NCBI RefSeq assembly: GCF_048269965.1
Contig: NZ_JBLWTV010000007.1
Location: forward strand, 171,663 to 235,662
Direction of reading: 5' to 3'
Origin: Pseudomonas sp.
GTDB lineage: Bacteria; Pseudomonadota; Gammaproteobacteria; Pseudomonadales; Pseudomonadaceae
Length of the DNA: 64,000 bases
Under the pieces are notes generated by a model. That model was not told where the DNA came from. It saw nothing but the letters and a program-made list of their open reading frames with translations, and did not search any database. Each line of letters begins with the position of its first letter. Position 1 is the stretch's first letter. The position numbers and the translations under genes are program-made. This document shows, one piece after another, positions 36,124 to 49,855 of the stretch.

Positions 36124-38046
36124 TTATTGCGATTTGCGAACCCGCAGGTACCACTCCGACAGCAGGCGCACCTGCTTCTCGGTGTAGCCGCGCTCGACCA
36201 TGCGTTTGACGAAGTCGTTGTGCTTCTGCTGATCCTCCTTGCTGCCCTTGGCATTGAAGCTGATGACCGGGAGCAGGTCCTCGGTGTTGGAGAACATCTT
36301 CTTCTCGATCACCACGCGCAGCTTCTCGTAGCTGAGCCAGGTGGGGTTCTTGCCATTGTTGTTGGCGCGGGCGCGCAGCACGAAGTTGACGATCTCGTTG
36401 CGGAAATCCTTCGGGTTGCTGATGCCGGCAGGCTTTTCGATCTTCTCCAGCTCCTCGTTGAGCGCCACGCGGTTGAGGATCTCGCCGGTCTCCGGGTCGC
36501 GGTACTCCTGATCCTGAATCCAGAAGTCGGCGTACAGCACGTAGCGGTCGAAGATGTTCTGACCGTATTCGCTGTAGGACTCCAGGTAGGCGGTCTGGAT
36601 TTCCTTGCCGATGAACTCGATGTAGCGCGGCGCCAGGTACTCCTTGATGTAGCGCAGGTAGCGCTCGCGCACCTCGGCGGGGAACTGCTCCTGCTCGATC
36701 TGCTGCTCCAGCACGTACAGCAGGTGCACCGGGTTGGCGGCGATCTCGTGCGGGTCGAAGTTGAACACCTTGGACAGGATCTTGAAGGCGAAGCGGGTCG
36801 ACAGGCCGTTCATGCCCTCATCGACACCCGCGCTGTCGCGGTACTCCTGGATCGACTTGGCTTTCGGGTCGGTGTCCTTGAGATTCTCGCCGTCGTAGAC
36901 GCGCATCTTCGAATAGATGTTGGAGTTCTCCGGTTCCTTCAGGCGCGACAGGGTGGAGAACTGCGCGAGCATCTTCAGGGTGTCCGGCGCGCAATGGGCC
37001 TTGGCCAGCGAGCTGTTGATCAGCAGCTTGTCGTAGATCTTGATCTCGTCGGTCACGCGCAGGCAGTAGGGCACCTTGACGATATAGATACGGTCGATGA
37101 AGGCCTCGTTGTTCTTGTTGTTACGGAAGCTGTGCCACTCGGACTCGTTGGAGTGGGCCAGCAGGATGCCGCTGTAGGGAATCGCACCGAGGCCTTCGGT
37201 GCTGTTGTAGTTGCCTTCCTGGGTGGCGGTCAGCAGCGGGTGCAGCACCTTGATCGGCGCCTTGAACATCTCGACGAACTCCATCAGGCCCTGGTTGGCC
37301 CGGCACAGTGCGCCCGAGTAGCTGTAGGCGTCGGCGTCGTTCTGCGGGAATTCTTCCAGCTTGCGGATATCCACCTTGCCGACCAGAGCGGAAATGTCCT
37401 GGTTGTTCTCGTCGCCGGGTTCGGTCTTGGCCACGGCGATCTGGTTGAGGATCGACGGGTACAGTTTGACCACGCGGAACTGGCTGATGTCGCCGCCGAA
37501 CTCCTGCAGGCGCTTGGTGGCCCAGGGCGACATGATCGAGTTGAGGTAGCGCCGTGGAATGCCGTAGTCCTCCTCGAGGATGGCACCGTCCTCGGTGGCA
37601 TTGAACAGCCCCAGGGGCGACTCGAATACCGGTGAGCCCTTGATGGCGTAGAAGGGCACCTTCTCCATCAGTTGCTTGAGTTTCTCGGCCAGCGAGGATT
37701 TACCGCCGCCCACCGGGCCCAGCAGATAGAGAATCTGCTTCTTCTCTTCCAGGCCCTGAGCCGCATGGCGGAAGTAGGAGACGATCTGGTCGATGCACTC
37801 TTCCATGCCGTGGAAGTCGGCGAAGGCCGGGTAACGGCGGATGACCTTGTTGGAGAAGATGCGTGACAGGCGTGAATCGCTGGAGGTGTCCAGCAGTTCC
37901 GGCTCGCCAATGGCCATCAGCAGGCGCTCGGCCGCAGTGGCGTAGGCGCTGCGATCCTGTTTGCACAGTTCGAGGTACTCCTGCAGCGAGTACTCCTCCT
38001 GGCGGGTCGCCTCGAAACGTTGTTGGAAGTGACTGAAAATGCTCAT
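36124..38046 (-). CDS. prkA: PrkA-family serine protein kinase (YeaG-like)
   Basis: ORF trimmed to ATG 38046 (MSIFSHFQQRFE, SD GAGGTG). P-loop LLGPVGGGKSS. 640 aa. Confidence 0.92.
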   Translation of the reverse strand: MSIFSHFQQRFEATRQEEYSLQEYLELCKQDRSAYATAAERLLMAIGEPELLDTSSDSRLSRIFSNKVIRRYPAFADFHGMEECIDQIVSYFRHAAQGLEEKKQILYLLGPVGGGKSSLAEKLKQLMEKVPFYAIKGSPVFESPLGLFNATEDGAILEEDYGIPRRYLNSIMSPWATKRLQEFGGDISQFRVVKLYPSILNQIAVAKTEPGDENNQDISALVGKVDIRKLEEFPQNDADAYSYSGALCRANQGLMEFVEMFKAPIKVLHPLLTATQEGNYNSTEGLGAIPYSGILLAHSNESEWHSFRNNKNNEAFIDRIYIVKVPYCLRVTDEIKIYDKLLINSSLAKAHCAPDTLKMLAQFSTLSRLKEPENSNIYSKMRVYDGENLKDTDPKAKSIQEYRDSAGVDEGMNGLSTRFAFKILSKVFNFDPHEIAANPVHLLYVLEQQIEQEQFPAEVRERYLRYIKEYLAPRYIEFIGKEIQTAYLESYSEYGQNIFDRYVLYADFWIQDQEYRDPETGEILNRVALNEELEKIEKPAGISNPKDFRNEIVNFVLRARANNNGKNPTWLSYEKLRVVIEKKMFSNTEDLLPVISFNAKGSKEDQQKHNDFVKRMVERGYTEKQVRLLSEWYLRVRKSQ

Positions 38047-38288
38047 GACTTCACCTCGCTCGATGCTGAAAGCTGGCTCGGGATCGGTCGTGCGTGCAGG
38101 TGCTGGGCAACTCCGGCTCAGAGACAAGTCGGGAAGAATCCCCCAAAACCTAAAAGTCGTTACCGATGGCCCGATGCCGGTTGGCCGGCTCTACCTTGAG
38201 TGGGATGGCCTGAGTAACAGAATAGTTCGTTCTGCCGAGGGTCAAGGGCTGGGTAACAATAACTGGATGTTACCGTACGTCGGGAAAT

Positions 38289-38321
38289 GGCGGCAGGCCA
38301 GAGCGGACGCGGCTTGCCGCC
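38289..38321 (-). terminator. Stem-loop 10 nt downstream of glpE
   Basis: GGCGGCA...TGCCGCC 7-bp arms. There is no strong U-tract, so this is tentative. Confidence 0.4.
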
Positions 38322-38330
38322 TGAGGAAAT

Positions 38331-38660
38331 TTATTCTTCGCTGCTTTGCGCCGTTTCGCTTGGGTAGGTGGCGTGCCACAGCTCGAAACCGCCGTCGAGG
38401 CTGTACACCTCGGAGAAGCTCTGGCCGACCAGGTAGGCCGCTGCACCCTGGCTGGAGTTGCCGTGGTAGCAGGACACGATCAACGGCGCGTCGAGGTCGG
38501 CGTGGGTGATGAAATCATGCAGGGAGTGGTTGTCCAGGTGACGCGAGCCGCTGATATGGCCATTGGCGAAGCTCTGCGGGTCACGAATGTCGACCACGAC
38601 AGCGCCCTGGGTGCGCAGCTCCTGCGCCTGTTGTGGGGAAATACGCTTGAATTCGCTCAT
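38331..38660 (-). CDS. glpE: Thiosulfate sulfurtransferase (rhodanese) GlpE
   Basis: 109 aa, single rhodanese domain with active-site loop CYHGNSS. Confidence 0.88.
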   Translation of the reverse strand: MSEFKRISPQQAQELRTQGAVVVDIRDPQSFANGHISGSRHLDNHSLHDFITHADLDAPLIVSCYHGNSSQGAAAYLVGQSFSEVYSLDGGFELWHATYPSETAQSSEE

Positions 38661-38702
38661 GTGCGGTGCCTTCGAGTGATTCGTGGGGGGCGCCTCTGGC
38701 GC

Positions 38703-39521
38703 TTATTCCTTGGGACAGGTGCAGCGGTGAAGTGCTCCGCTGTCGACATCGAGCAGGGTCATCGCACCGCCCCAGACGCAGCCGGTATCCAGCGCGTAGA
38801 GGCCGGGCTCCGTGCAGTTGCCTTCCAGCGCTGCCCAGTGACCGAAGATGATCTTCTCGCCGCGCATCTTGCGCTGCGGGTGGCTGAACCAGGGGGCGAA
38901 GCCGGGTGGGGCGCTGCCAACACCTTCCTTGCTCTTCAGATCCAGTGTGCCATCGGCCTTGCAGAAGCGCATGCGGGTGAAATAGTTGGTGATCACCCGC
39001 AGGCGGGTCACGCCGTGCAGGTCCTTGTTCCATTTGGCCGGTTCGTTGCCGTACATGCCGTCGAGAAACAGCGGCAGACGGGCATCGTCACGCAACGCCT
39101 CTTCGACCTCGGCTGCGCGGCGCAGCGCCTTGCTCAGCGTCCATTGTGGCGGGATGCCGGCATGTACCAGGGTGACCTTGCGTTCGGCGTCGTGGTGCAC
39201 CAGCTTCTGCATGCGCAGCCAGTCGAGCAGGTCGTTGCGGTCCGGCGCATCGAGAATCTCGCGCAGGGTATCGCCCTTCTTCAGGCGCTCGATGTTGTGC
39301 GCTGCGGCCAGCAGATGCAGGTCATGGTTGCCCAGTACGCAGGTGACCGCATGGCGAATGGCGTAGAGAAAACGCAGGGTTTCCAGCGACTGCGGACCGC
39401 GATTGACCAGATCGCCGACCAGCCACAGCTGGTCTTGCGCCGGATCGAACGCCACTTGCTCGAGCAGGCACTGGAGCGGTTTCAGGCAACCCTGCAGGTC
39501 GCCGACGGCATACACCGCCAT
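38703..39521 (-). CDS. apaH: Bis(5'-nucleosyl)-tetraphosphatase (symmetrical)
   Basis: [12 protein letters not shown]...[16 protein letters not shown] metallophosphatase motifs. Start overlaps the apaG stop (TGATG). Confidence 0.95.
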   Translation of the reverse strand: MAVYAVGDLQGCLKPLQCLLEQVAFDPAQDQLWLVGDLVNRGPQSLETLRFLYAIRHAVTCVLGNHDLHLLAAAHNIERLKKGDTLREILDAPDRNDLLDWLRMQKLVHHDAERKVTLVHAGIPPQWTLSKALRRAAEVEEALRDDARLPLFLDGMYGNEPAKWNKDLHGVTRLRVITNYFTRMRFCKADGTLDLKSKEGVGSAPPGFAPWFSHPQRKMRGEKIIFGHWAALEGNCTEPGLYALDTGCVWGGAMTLLDVDSGALHRCTCPKE

Positions 39522-39901
39522 CAGTGAAGTGACCCCGGTACGGCCAGGCGAAACGGAGCGATGGTCGCATCGAAGCGTTTACCGTCCTCGGCGAGCATCT
39601 GGTAGCTGCCCTGCATGGTGCCGACCTGCGTGGCCATGACCGTCCCGCTGCTGTAGGTGTGGCTGGCGCCGGGTTCGATATGCGGCTGCTGGCCGATCAC
39701 TCCGGCGCCACGCACTTCCTGCACACGGCCATCGCCGTCGGTGATGATCCAGTGACGCGACAGCAACTGGGCCGGCAACTCGCCGTTGTTGATGATGGTC
39801 ACGGTGTAGGAGAACGCATAGCGCTTCTGCTCCGGCTGCGACTGCGCGGCCAGGTAGCGGGTGGTGACGCTGACGTCGATCTGATAACGAGAGTCGGACA
39901 T
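39521..39901 (-). CDS. apaG: ApaG protein
   Basis: [63 protein letters not shown] 39901 (MSDSRYQ) is preferred over ATG 39907. Confidence 0.93.
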   Translation of the reverse strand: MSDSRYQIDVSVTTRYLAAQSQPEQKRYAFSYTVTIINNGELPAQLLSRHWIITDGDGRVQEVRGAGVIGQQPHIEPGASHTYSSGTVMATQVGTMQGSYQMLAEDGKRFDATIAPFRLAVPGSLH

Positions 39902-39930
39902 GCGCATGATCCGTTGAGCGTGATTGCAGT

Positions 39931-40740
39931 TTAGTCCTGCTCGGCCGAAGGCTGCAGTGCCAACTGGTCGGCCAGGCGGACGAAGGCGGCCAGATCCAGC
40001 TGCTCGGGGCGCAGGCTGCCGTCTACGCCTGCCGCTTCGATGGCCTCGGCGGGCAGCAACTGCTTGAGCGTGTTGCGCAGGGTCTTGCGGCGCTGGTTGA
40101 AGGCTTTACGCACCACGCGTTCGAGCAGGCGATGGTCCTTGGCCGGGTGCGGCAGGGTTTCATGCGGCACCAGGCGGACGATGGCCGAGTCGACCTTGGG
40201 CGGCGGGTTGAAGGCGCCGGGACCAACGTTGAACAGATGCTCCACGCGGCAGTGGTACTGCACCATGATCGACAGGCGACCCCAATCTCCACCGCCTGGG
40301 CCGGCGGCCATGCGCTCGACCACTTCCTTCTGCAGCATGAAATGCATGTCGCGAATCAGTGGCGCGTTGTCCAGCAGATGGAAAATCAGCGGCGTGGAGA
40401 TGTTGTAGGGCAGGTTGCCGACTACGCGCAGGCTGCGTGGCGCCGCTTCGAGGCGGGCGAAGTCGAATTTCAGTGCGTCGCCCTGATTCAGGCGAAAGCG
40501 CGGATTGTCACCGAATTTGCCTTGCAGGATAGGGATCAGGTCGAGGTCGAGTTCGATCACGTCGAGCTGCGCGCCGCTGCCGAGCAAGCCCTCGGTAATG
40601 GCACCCTGGCCTGGGCCGATTTCCAGCAGGCGCTCGTCGTCCTTGGCGCGAATGGCGCGCAGGATACGGTCGATCACCCCGGCATCATGCAGGAAATTCT
40701 GGCCGAAGCGCTTGCGCGCGCGGTGTTGGTATTCGGACAT
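39931..40740 (-). CDS. rsmA: 16S rRNA (adenine1518/1519-N6)-dimethyltransferase
   Basis: ORF trimmed to ATG 40740 ([19 protein letters not shown]). SAM motif [20 protein letters not shown]. Confidence 0.95.
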   Translation of the reverse strand: MSEYQHRARKRFGQNFLHDAGVIDRILRAIRAKDDERLLEIGPGQGAITEGLLGSGAQLDVIELDLDLIPILQGKFGDNPRFRLNQGDALKFDFARLEAAPRSLRVVGNLPYNISTPLIFHLLDNAPLIRDMHFMLQKEVVERMAAGPGGGDWGRLSIMVQYHCRVEHLFNVGPGAFNPPPKVDSAIVRLVPHETLPHPAKDHRLLERVVRKAFNQRRKTLRNTLKQLLPAEAIEAAGVDGSLRPEQLDLAAFVRLADQLALQPSAEQD

Positions 40741-40870
40741 GGCGACAGCTCCAAGTCTCAAGCTGCAAGCATCACGCAGGCGCCGAGAGCGATAAGGCAA
40801 AGTCGCGCAGTTTAACAGCGAAAGACGCTGCGGCTGTAGGCGCGCGCGGATTTTATGACGCTGACGAGCC

Positions 40871-40928
40871 GTAGCCCGGATGCAATCCGGGAACGCCTGG
40901 CGGCGATGGCCCTGGATTGCATCGGGCC
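40871..40928. repeat. REP unit plus a degenerate copy
   Basis: GTAGCCCGGATGCAATCCGGG followed by the degenerate GCCCTGGATTGCATCGGGCC, between pdxA and rsmA. Confidence 0.65.
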
Positions 40929-40944
40929 ATATGGCCGGTCGCGA

Positions 40945-41958
40945 TCAACCCGCTGCTTGCGGCTTGCTGCGGGTGGCTGCTGCCATCTGGTAGGCGGTTT
41001 CCAGTGCCACCTGCAGGCTGCCGGTGTCGATATTGCCGGTGCCGGCCAGATCCAGGGCGGTGCCATGATCCACCGAGGTGCGGATGATCGGCAGGCCCAG
41101 CGTGACATTGAGCGCTGCACCGAAGCCCTTGAACTTGAGCACGGGCAGGCCCTGGTCGTGGTACATGGCCAGTACGGCATCGGCATGTTCGAGATACTTG
41201 GGGGTGAACAGGGTGTCGGCCGGCAGCGGGCCGATCAGGTGCATGCCTTCGCTGCGCAGACGCTCCAGCGTCGGCTCGATGATCTCGATTTCCTCGCGGC
41301 CCAGATGACCGCCTTCGCCCGCGTGCGGATTGAGCCCGCACACCAGGATGCGCGGCTCGGCGATGCCGAACTTGCTTCGCAGATCGGCATGCAGGATGCG
41401 CGTGACGCGTTCCAGGCGCTCGGCGGTGATGGCGGCCGCGACGTCTTTCAGCGGCAGGTGCGTGGTGACCAGTGCGACGCGCAAGCCACGGGTCGCCAGC
41501 ATCATCACCACCTGCTGGGTATGGGTGAGTTCGGCGAGAAACTCGGTGTGGCCGGAGAAGGCGATGCCCGCTTCGTTGATCACGCCCTTGTGCACGGGGG
41601 CGGTGATCATCCCGGCAAATGTCCCGTCCAGGCAGCCCTGGCCTGCGCGGGTGAGGGTCTCTAACACGTAGGCGGCGTTGGCAGGCGTCAGTTCGCCGGG
41701 GCTGACAGGGGCCGCCAGCGGCGTATCCCAGACAAACAGGGCGCCTGCTGCTGCAGGGCCGTCTGGCCATTGCTGTGGGCCAGCGCTCAGCAATTGGATA
41801 TCCAGCCCCAGCTGCTTTGCGCGGTCTGCCAGCAGCTCGCGACTGGCGATGGCGACCAGTGGCGCAGGCTGTGCCTGCTGCGCCAGCAGCAGGCACAGAT
41901 CGGGGCCGATGCCGGCAGGCTCGCCTGGGGTGAGGGCAAAACAGTGCTGCGCAGTCAT
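40945..41958 (-). CDS. pdxA: 4-hydroxythreonine-4-phosphate dehydrogenase
   Basis: [36 protein letters not shown]. Confidence 0.95.
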   Translation of the reverse strand: MTAQHCFALTPGEPAGIGPDLCLLLAQQAQPAPLVAIASRELLADRAKQLGLDIQLLSAGPQQWPDGPAAAGALFVWDTPLAAPVSPGELTPANAAYVLETLTRAGQGCLDGTFAGMITAPVHKGVINEAGIAFSGHTEFLAELTHTQQVVMMLATRGLRVALVTTHLPLKDVAAAITAERLERVTRILHADLRSKFGIAEPRILVCGLNPHAGEGGHLGREEIEIIEPTLERLRSEGMHLIGPLPADTLFTPKYLEHADAVLAMYHDQGLPVLKFKGFGAALNVTLGLPIIRTSVDHGTALDLAGTGNIDTGSLQVALETAYQMAAATRSKPQAAG

Positions 41959-42054
41959 GGTCGCTCTCTGTACGGGCTGGTGCGTCAGTTTACGCTGCAG
42001 GGCCGATCACGAAAAAGCCCGGCACTTGGCCGGGCTTTTGGGGCGATACCGCTA

Positions 42055-43347
42055 TTACAGCTTGGTCTCGACGTAGGCTTCGTCGCGGATCTGGCGCAGC
42101 CAGGCCTGCAGTTCCTCGTCGTACTTGCGGTTGCGCAGCAGGTTTGCGGCCTGCTGTTCGCGGAACTGCACGCTGCTGTCGGTGGCGCGGCGGCCCATGA
42201 CCTGCAGTACGTGCCAGCCGTACGGGCTTCTGAAGGGTTTGGACAACTCGCCGCTGGGGGTGTCGTTCATCACTTCGCGGAATTCGGGAACCAGCGCGTT
42301 GGGGTCGATCCAGTTCAGGTCGCCGCCATTGAGCGCGGAGCCCGGATCTTCGGAGAAGCTCTTCGCCAGTTCGGCGAAGTCCTCGCCGGCGACGATGCGG
42401 TCATGCAGGCGCTCGACCAGGCGAAGGGTTTCCGTCTCGCTGCGAATCTCGCTGGGCTTGATCAGGATGTGGCGCACATGCACTTCGTCACGCACCTGGG
42501 TGTCGCCGCCGCGTTTCTCGATCAGCTTGAGGATGATGAAACCGCCCGGGGTTCGCACCGGTTCGGTGACTTCACCCGGGTTCAGCTGGCTGATCATGCT
42601 GTCGAACGGAGGCGGCAACTGGCCGGCCTTGCGCCAGCCCATTTCACCACCTTCCAGGGCGTTCTCGCTGGCAGAGCGAGAGACGGCCAGCTGGGCGAAG
42701 TCCGCACCTTGCTGCAGTTGCTGATACAGCTCCTGCGCCTGACGGTCGGCGGCCTGGATTTCGCTGGAGGACGCGCCCTCGGAAACCGGAATCAGGATAT
42801 TGGCCAGACGGAACTCTTCCGACAGCTGCATCTTGCCCAGGTCAGAGGCGAGAAAGTTCTGCACTTCCTGGTCGGTGACCTGGATGCGTTCGGCCACGCG
42901 GCGCTGGCGCACACGGCTGATGATCATCTCGCGACGCACCTGATCGCGGGCGTCTGCATAGGACAGACCGTCGCGTGCCAGGGCCTCACGGAACTGCTCC
43001 AGGCTCATGCCGTTACGCTGGGCGATGGTGCCCATGGCCTGGTTCAGTTCTTCGTCGGTGATGCGGATGCCGGAGCGATCGCCGATCTGCAGCTGGATGT
43101 TCTCGATGATCAGGCGTTCGAGCACCTGCTGACTGAGTACGTTATCGGGAGGCAGGGCGCCACCGCGCTTGTCGATGGTCTGTTGCACTTCACGCAGGCG
43201 CGCGTCGAGCTGGCTCTGCATGACCACGTCGTTGTCGACGATGGCCACGACGCGATCCAGTGGGCGAACCTGGGCCTGAGCCGTTGCCGCCAGCAGTGCT
43301 GCGCCCAACAGCAGGGGGCGCAGGCGATCAGAAAGCTTGGTCTTCAC
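42055..43347 (-). CDS. surA: Periplasmic chaperone/peptidyl-prolyl isomerase SurA
   Basis: Signal peptide ([24 protein letters not shown]) and two parvulin domains. GTG 43347 is proposed as the start. It overlaps the lptD end by 20 nt, and the track ATG 43401 would overlap by 74 nt, so the start is uncertain. Confidence 0.88.
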   Translation of the reverse strand: MKTKLSDRLRPLLLGAALLAATAQAQVRPLDRVVAIVDNDVVMQSQLDARLREVQQTIDKRGGALPPDNVLSQQVLERLIIENIQLQIGDRSGIRITDEELNQAMGTIAQRNGMSLEQFREALARDGLSYADARDQVRREMIISRVRQRRVAERIQVTDQEVQNFLASDLGKMQLSEEFRLANILIPVSEGASSSEIQAADRQAQELYQQLQQGADFAQLAVSRSASENALEGGEMGWRKAGQLPPPFDSMISQLNPGEVTEPVRTPGGFIILKLIEKRGGDTQVRDEVHVRHILIKPSEIRSETETLRLVERLHDRIVAGEDFAELAKSFSEDPGSALNGGDLNWIDPNALVPEFREVMNDTPSGELSKPFRSPYGWHVLQVMGRRATDSSVQFREQQAANLLRNRKYDEELQAWLRQIRDEAYVETKL

Positions 43348-46138
43348 GTTCACGGTAACCTTGAATGCCTTGGTCGAGGAAAGATTCCACCTTGTTGCCA
43401 ACCACGCCGCCGAGGCCCTTGAGGACGATCTGCAGGAAGATGCCGCGGTCCGGCTCGTCGTTGCGCGATGGGTCGAGGCTGACTTCGTCGTAATCGATCC
43501 AGTAGCGGTTGATCAGGCGCAGTTTCCAGCAGCAGCTGTCGTATTCGAAACCGCCGAAGGCTTCGAGGGTACGGTTGCGGCCGTAGTCGTACTGCCAGCG
43601 CGAGATCAGGCTCCACTGTGGAGCCAGCGGCCAGATGACGGAGAAGTCATGCTGGTCGATCTTGTAGTAGTTCTTGATGTAGTTGGGGCTATCGGGAGTT
43701 CCGTAGTCCGGGTTGCTCGTCCAGGTACCGCTGTCACGGTCGTAGCGTACGGTGTCGTTACGATAGCGATAGCCGAAGTTGACGATCTTGTTCGGATTGG
43801 CTTCCGGCTGGTAATGGAACATTGCGCTGCCCGAGCGGGTGGCGTGCTGGTCCGGATCCCAGTTGAAGGTCGAGGAGAAGCGCCAGTCGCGGTTGAAGCG
43901 ATACAGGTACTCCAGCGCATAAGGCGAAACGTCGGCGGTGGATTCCTGGCGGGCACGGTAATCGATACCTGGCAGTTGAACCTTGCGGTCTTCGAAGTAG
44001 AAGGCCTGGCCGATGCTGAAACGCTGACGCTCGAAGCCGTTCGACTCGATCCAGCGGCTGGTCACGCCCAGCGACAGCTTGTTCTCGTCACCGATGCGAT
44101 CCTTGCCGCTGAAGCGGTTCTCACGCCACAGCGAGGCATAGCTGAAGGTCGGCTCGCCGGTGTCGAAGACCGGGATATCGACCTGGTCTTCTTCCGGCAC
44201 ATAGAGATAGAACGCGCGTGGCTCCAGGGTCTGGCGGGCGTCTTTGCCGAACAGCTGGGTGTTGCGGTCGAAATACAAGCCGCTGTCGACGCTGAACAGG
44301 CCGACGCCACGGTTGGGCGAACGCTTGTAGTCGACGCCGAACCACTGACTATTCGGGTTGAGGGGGTCGTTCGTTGCGCTGGCAAGATCTGCCTTGCCCT
44401 GACCGTCCAGGTTGACCTGGTACTGCGTCTGCAGGTACTTGACCTGAGGCTTGACGAAGCCCCAGCTCCAGTTCAGCGGCAGGGCAACACCTGGCTCCAG
44501 GTGCAGGCGTTCGCCGTCTGCGCGGTTGAGACCGGTCAGGCGGGCGTCGTACCAGAGGTCTTGCGGGCGGCCGGTCACGCCGTCCTCGTCGACGAAGAAG
44601 CCCGAACGCAGGTTGCGATCGAAGCGGACGTATTCGGTGCCGTAGGTGAAGTCCAGGCCACCCGGATTGAACGGCAGCTTGCCGTCCAGGGTGATCTGCG
44701 GCAGACGATCATAAGGCGTCACATCGGTGATGTTGGCCAGTTCGTATGCATGCACGTTCAGGCGTGCGGTATAGCTGCCACCGCGATAGGTCAGGGTGCC
44801 GCGCTGGTCGACGTAGGTTTGCTTGTCGATGCCCAGGTCGGTATCGAGATCCTGGAAGTAGTAGGGGTCGCTGATATTGGTGTAGTCGACCTCGGCGAGC
44901 AGGCGCGAGTTGAGCCCCTGCTTGTGCTGCCAGCTGTACATCCAGCGCTGGTCTTCGTACTCGGACTGCAGTTTGCGCTCGTCTTCGCTGTCGTTCAGCC
45001 ATGCGCCGCCGACCTGGCCTTCGCTGCTCTCGGTCAGGTAACGGAACTCACCTTCCATCAGCAGGCCGCGTTGGGCCATGTAGGTCGGGTACAGCGTGGC
45101 GTCGTAGTTCGGCGCCAGGTTGAAGTAGTACGGCGTTTGCAGCGAGAAGCCGTTGCTGCTCGACGTGCCGATGCTGGGTGGCAGGAAGCCGGACTGGCGA
45201 CGGTCGTCGATCGGGAAGTAGATGTACGGGGTGTAGAACACCGGAATGTCCTTGACCCGCAGCGTCACGTTGGTGGCGGTACCGAAGCCGGTCGCCGGGT
45301 TCAGGGTGACGTTGTTGCCCTTCAGGTGCCAGGCATTGTCGCCCGGTTCGCAGCGGGTGTAGGTACCATCCTTGAGGCGGATGATCGCGGTCTCTTCGCG
45401 CTTGGCGTAGAGCGCGCTGCCGCGCACGTGGGCCTGGTGCATCACGTATTCGGCGTTGTCGATACGGGCTTCGCCGTTATCCAGCTGCAGTTCGGCGCGG
45501 TCGCCAACCACCAGCGTGCCCTTGTCGCGCAGGCGTACGTTGCCGACCAGTTCACCACGGTTTTCCGTCTGGTGCAGGCTGGCTTCGTCGGCCTCGACCT
45601 GCATGCCGGACTGACGCAGGACGACGTCGCCTGCGAGCGTGGCGATCTGCTTTTCCTGCTCGAAGCGCGAGGCTTTGGCGGAAATGAACATCGGCGCCTC
45701 GTCCAGTGGCGTGGTGTCATCCATGCCCGGACGCAGCGGCTCGACGTAGGCGCCAGCGCAGTAAGGACCGGCCTCGGCCAGTTGCGCGGCAGTCAACTTG
45801 TCGCGCGGGACCCAGTCCAGGTGACTGTAATCAGGACTGCGCGAGGCGAGGGCGCGGCCCTTGCTTTCGGTGACCAGCACCGGGGCAGCATCCTGCTTGG
45901 CTACGGCCTCGCTGGTGGCGCCACCTACGCTGACAGCATCACGACTGTGCACCGGGCGCGGAGGCAGGGTGCTGGCCGCCGATTTCGGCGCGCAGGCCCA
46001 ACCGCCCGTGGGCGACGCCTGGCAATCGTATTGCTCGGCGGCAAAGGACTGTAGGCTGAACGCGGGCTGTAGGGCCAGGAGGCTGCCGGTGACCAGCAGC
46101 GGGAATTTTTTGCGGAACGCGGGGTATTTTACTGCCAT
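43328..46138 (-). CDS. lptD: LPS-assembly outer-membrane protein LptD
   Basis: ORF trimmed to ATG 46138 ([28 protein letters not shown]). A 936-aa beta-barrel protein upstream of surA. Confidence 0.93.
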   Translation of the reverse strand: MAVKYPAFRKKFPLLVTGSLLALQPAFSLQSFAAEQYDCQASPTGGWACAPKSAASTLPPRPVHSRDAVSVGGATSEAVAKQDAAPVLVTESKGRALASRSPDYSHLDWVPRDKLTAAQLAEAGPYCAGAYVEPLRPGMDDTTPLDEAPMFISAKASRFEQEKQIATLAGDVVLRQSGMQVEADEASLHQTENRGELVGNVRLRDKGTLVVGDRAELQLDNGEARIDNAEYVMHQAHVRGSALYAKREETAIIRLKDGTYTRCEPGDNAWHLKGNNVTLNPATGFGTATNVTLRVKDIPVFYTPYIYFPIDDRRQSGFLPPSIGTSSSNGFSLQTPYYFNLAPNYDATLYPTYMAQRGLLMEGEFRYLTESSEGQVGGAWLNDSEDERKLQSEYEDQRWMYSWQHKQGLNSRLLAEVDYTNISDPYYFQDLDTDLGIDKQTYVDQRGTLTYRGGSYTARLNVHAYELANITDVTPYDRLPQITLDGKLPFNPGGLDFTYGTEYVRFDRNLRSGFFVDEDGVTGRPQDLWYDARLTGLNRADGERLHLEPGVALPLNWSWGFVKPQVKYLQTQYQVNLDGQGKADLASATNDPLNPNSQWFGVDYKRSPNRGVGLFSVDSGLYFDRNTQLFGKDARQTLEPRAFYLYVPEEDQVDIPVFDTGEPTFSYASLWRENRFSGKDRIGDENKLSLGVTSRWIESNGFERQRFSIGQAFYFEDRKVQLPGIDYRARQESTADVSPYALEYLYRFNRDWRFSSTFNWDPDQHATRSGSAMFHYQPEANPNKIVNFGYRYRNDTVRYDRDSGTWTSNPDYGTPDSPNYIKNYYKIDQHDFSVIWPLAPQWSLISRWQYDYGRNRTLEAFGGFEYDSCCWKLRLINRYWIDYDEVSLDPSRNDEPDRGIFLQIVLKGLGGVVGNKVESFLDQGIQGYREREDQAF

Positions 46139-46262
46139 CTTGTTAGTCCGGGCTTCCTGCGCGCTATCGGCCCAGGGGCCGCACGCCTCTCGATGGGCTG
46201 AAAAAGATGCTGGATAATAAAGCATGACCCGCGCAACGGCTAGCGCCGTCGGAGACCCCTTG

Positions 46263-47956
<1,694 letters not shown>

Positions 47957-48718
47957 GTGTTGTGGCCGGCGACCCTGCTCGGTGCTGCCGCCGGCCTCGC
48001 CCTGGCCAGCATCCCGGGTGCTCTGCTGGGCGGTCTGCTCGGGCAGGTGCTGGATCGCCGTCTGCGCCTGCATGGCTGGGACAATCTGCGTGAGCGTCTG
48101 GGCGGTCGTGCGGCGCCGACGGATGACGAGCTGCTGTTTCTGATGCTGGGGCGTCTGGCCAAGAGCGACGGCCGGGTAGTGCAGAGCCATATCCAGCAGG
48201 CACGCTCGGAAATGCAGCGGCTGGGATTGGACCCGGCGGCTCAGCGGCGCGCCATCGAGGCTTTCTCCCGTGGCAAGACCGGGCGTGACAGCTTGCGTGC
48301 CCCGCTGCAGCGTCAGCGCGAGCGCGCCGATGCCATGCTGCGAGCCTGCTGGCGCATGGCCTGGGTCGATGGACGGGTGTCGGCCAGCGAGCATGAACTG
48401 ATCCTGCTCTGGGGCAAGTGGCTCGGCTGGGACAGTGCCCGGCTCGATAGCCTGGGCGAGCAATACGCGCCGCGTCGCAGTCAGCAGCCGGCACCGGCTG
48501 GTGGCAGTTACCAGGAGGCGCTGCGGCTATTGGGTGTGAATGAAGGCAGCGAGCCGGAGCAGATCAAGCGCGCCTACCGGCGGCTGCTCAGCCGGCATCA
48601 CCCGGACAAACTGGCCGGCTCCGGCGCCTCGCCCGAGCGCATTCGTGAAGCCACCGACACCACGCGCCAATTGCATCAGGCCTATGCGCTGATTCGCCAG
48701 CGCCGAGGGATTCGCTAG
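47957..48718 (+). CDS. djlA: Co-chaperone DjlA (TM, TerB-like domain, C-terminal J domain)
   Basis: GTG 47957 sits 8 nt after AGGAGG. C-terminal J domain YQEALRLLGV..IKRAYRRLLSRHHPDK. Confidence 0.88.
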   Translation: MLWPATLLGAAAGLALASIPGALLGGLLGQVLDRRLRLHGWDNLRERLGGRAAPTDDELLFLMLGRLAKSDGRVVQSHIQQARSEMQRLGLDPAAQRRAIEAFSRGKTGRDSLRAPLQRQRERADAMLRACWRMAWVDGRVSASEHELILLWGKWLGWDSARLDSLGEQYAPRRSQQPAPAGGSYQEALRLLGVNEGSEPEQIKRAYRRLLSRHHPDKLAGSGASPERIREATDTTRQLHQAYALIRQRRGIR

Positions 48719-48740
48719 CAGGTATTTGTTCAGCCGCCTG

Positions 48741-49742
48741 CTAGCTGCCTGCAGCGCGTATATGCTGCGTCAGCCAGCCGCGTAGACGGCGGTAGAGCTG
48801 CTCTTGCTGAATATCCAGGTTACCCGGCAGGGCTTTCATCGACACCTGTATGTACGTGGGCAGCTTGGCTCGCTTGCTCGCCTGCAGGCGCTTCAAGGCA
48901 GCCGCGCGGTCGGTGGCTTGATCCTTGTAGAAGAAGTCGCCGGTGGCCACGGCCAGCTGTGTGACCATTTCATCCAGTGGCGGCGCGAAGCCGGCAGGTA
49001 GCTCGGCCGCCACCATCAGCAGATTCTGCACGTTGTCCGGCTGGCGTTCGCTCAGGTAGCGCGCCGCCCAGTAGGCGCCACTGCCGTGACCGAGGAGGAC
49101 GATTTCCCTGGCCTGCTGCTGCTGGCTGGCGAAGGCGATGGCGGCATCGATGCGGGCCAGCACCCGTTCGACATGTGCCTGACGCCTTTGCTCTGGGCTG
49201 ATGGTGCCGCTGTCCGCCGCTTGTGCCGCCTCGTCTACGGTCGCTTCGGGCGGGCTTTCGGCGGCTGGAGTGCTCTCGGTGGTTGCCGTGTCGCCTGGCG
49301 GGGCCGCTGTTGCAGCGCTCGCCTGGCGCAGTGGCAGCGGGTCACCGTCCGGGTCCGGCAGTGTCAGGCTCAGACTGTGCCAGCCGGCGTCGGGCAGCTT
49401 GCGCCGCAGCGGGCCAATCGCGGCGGCGCCGTCGGCGTTTTCCACATCGCCGGGCAGCAGAATCACCGCACCGCTGGGCTCGCCGACGTTGGCGGGTAGC
49501 CACAGGGCGAGAAAAGTGTCGGTGCCGGCCTGCAACATCTGCTGTTCACGTTTGTCCAGACGTTGCTCCAGCGTGTGCGCCTCGCTGACGCTGCGCTCGG
49601 GCAGCAGTGGGCGTTCGCTGGAAGTCGATGTTTCGGCCTCGTCGGCTGTCGCGTTCTGGGTGTCCTCGGGCGACTCCTGCGCCCAGCTCGTGGCGGCGAA
49701 GAGCAGGCAGAAACCGAGCAGTGCGAGTGAGTGGGGGGGCAT
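48741..49742 (-). CDS. Secreted protein, probably DUF3530/alpha-beta-hydrolase-like
   Basis: ORF trimmed to ATG 49742 (MPPHSLALLGFCLLFAATSWAQ signal peptide). The family assignment is from memory of the syntenic Pseudomonas gene and is not verified. Confidence 0.6.
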   Translation of the reverse strand: MPPHSLALLGFCLLFAATSWAQESPEDTQNATADEAETSTSSERPLLPERSVSEAHTLEQRLDKREQQMLQAGTDTFLALWLPANVGEPSGAVILLPGDVENADGAAAIGPLRRKLPDAGWHSLSLTLPDPDGDPLPLRQASAATAAPPGDTATTESTPAAESPPEATVDEAAQAADSGTISPEQRRQAHVERVLARIDAAIAFASQQQQAREIVLLGHGSGAYWAARYLSERQPDNVQNLLMVAAELPAGFAPPLDEMVTQLAVATGDFFYKDQATDRAAALKRLQASKRAKLPTYIQVSMKALPGNLDIQQEQLYRRLRGWLTQHIRAAGS

Positions 49743-49855
49743 CGATGAAGCTCCTTGGGGGCTGCTACAGAGCCTAATGCCGAGCTCCGCTTTTGTCAGG
49801 CGATTAGCGCAAGACTGGAGTAAGGTAGGGGATCGCGTCACCGGATTCGCCGTGC

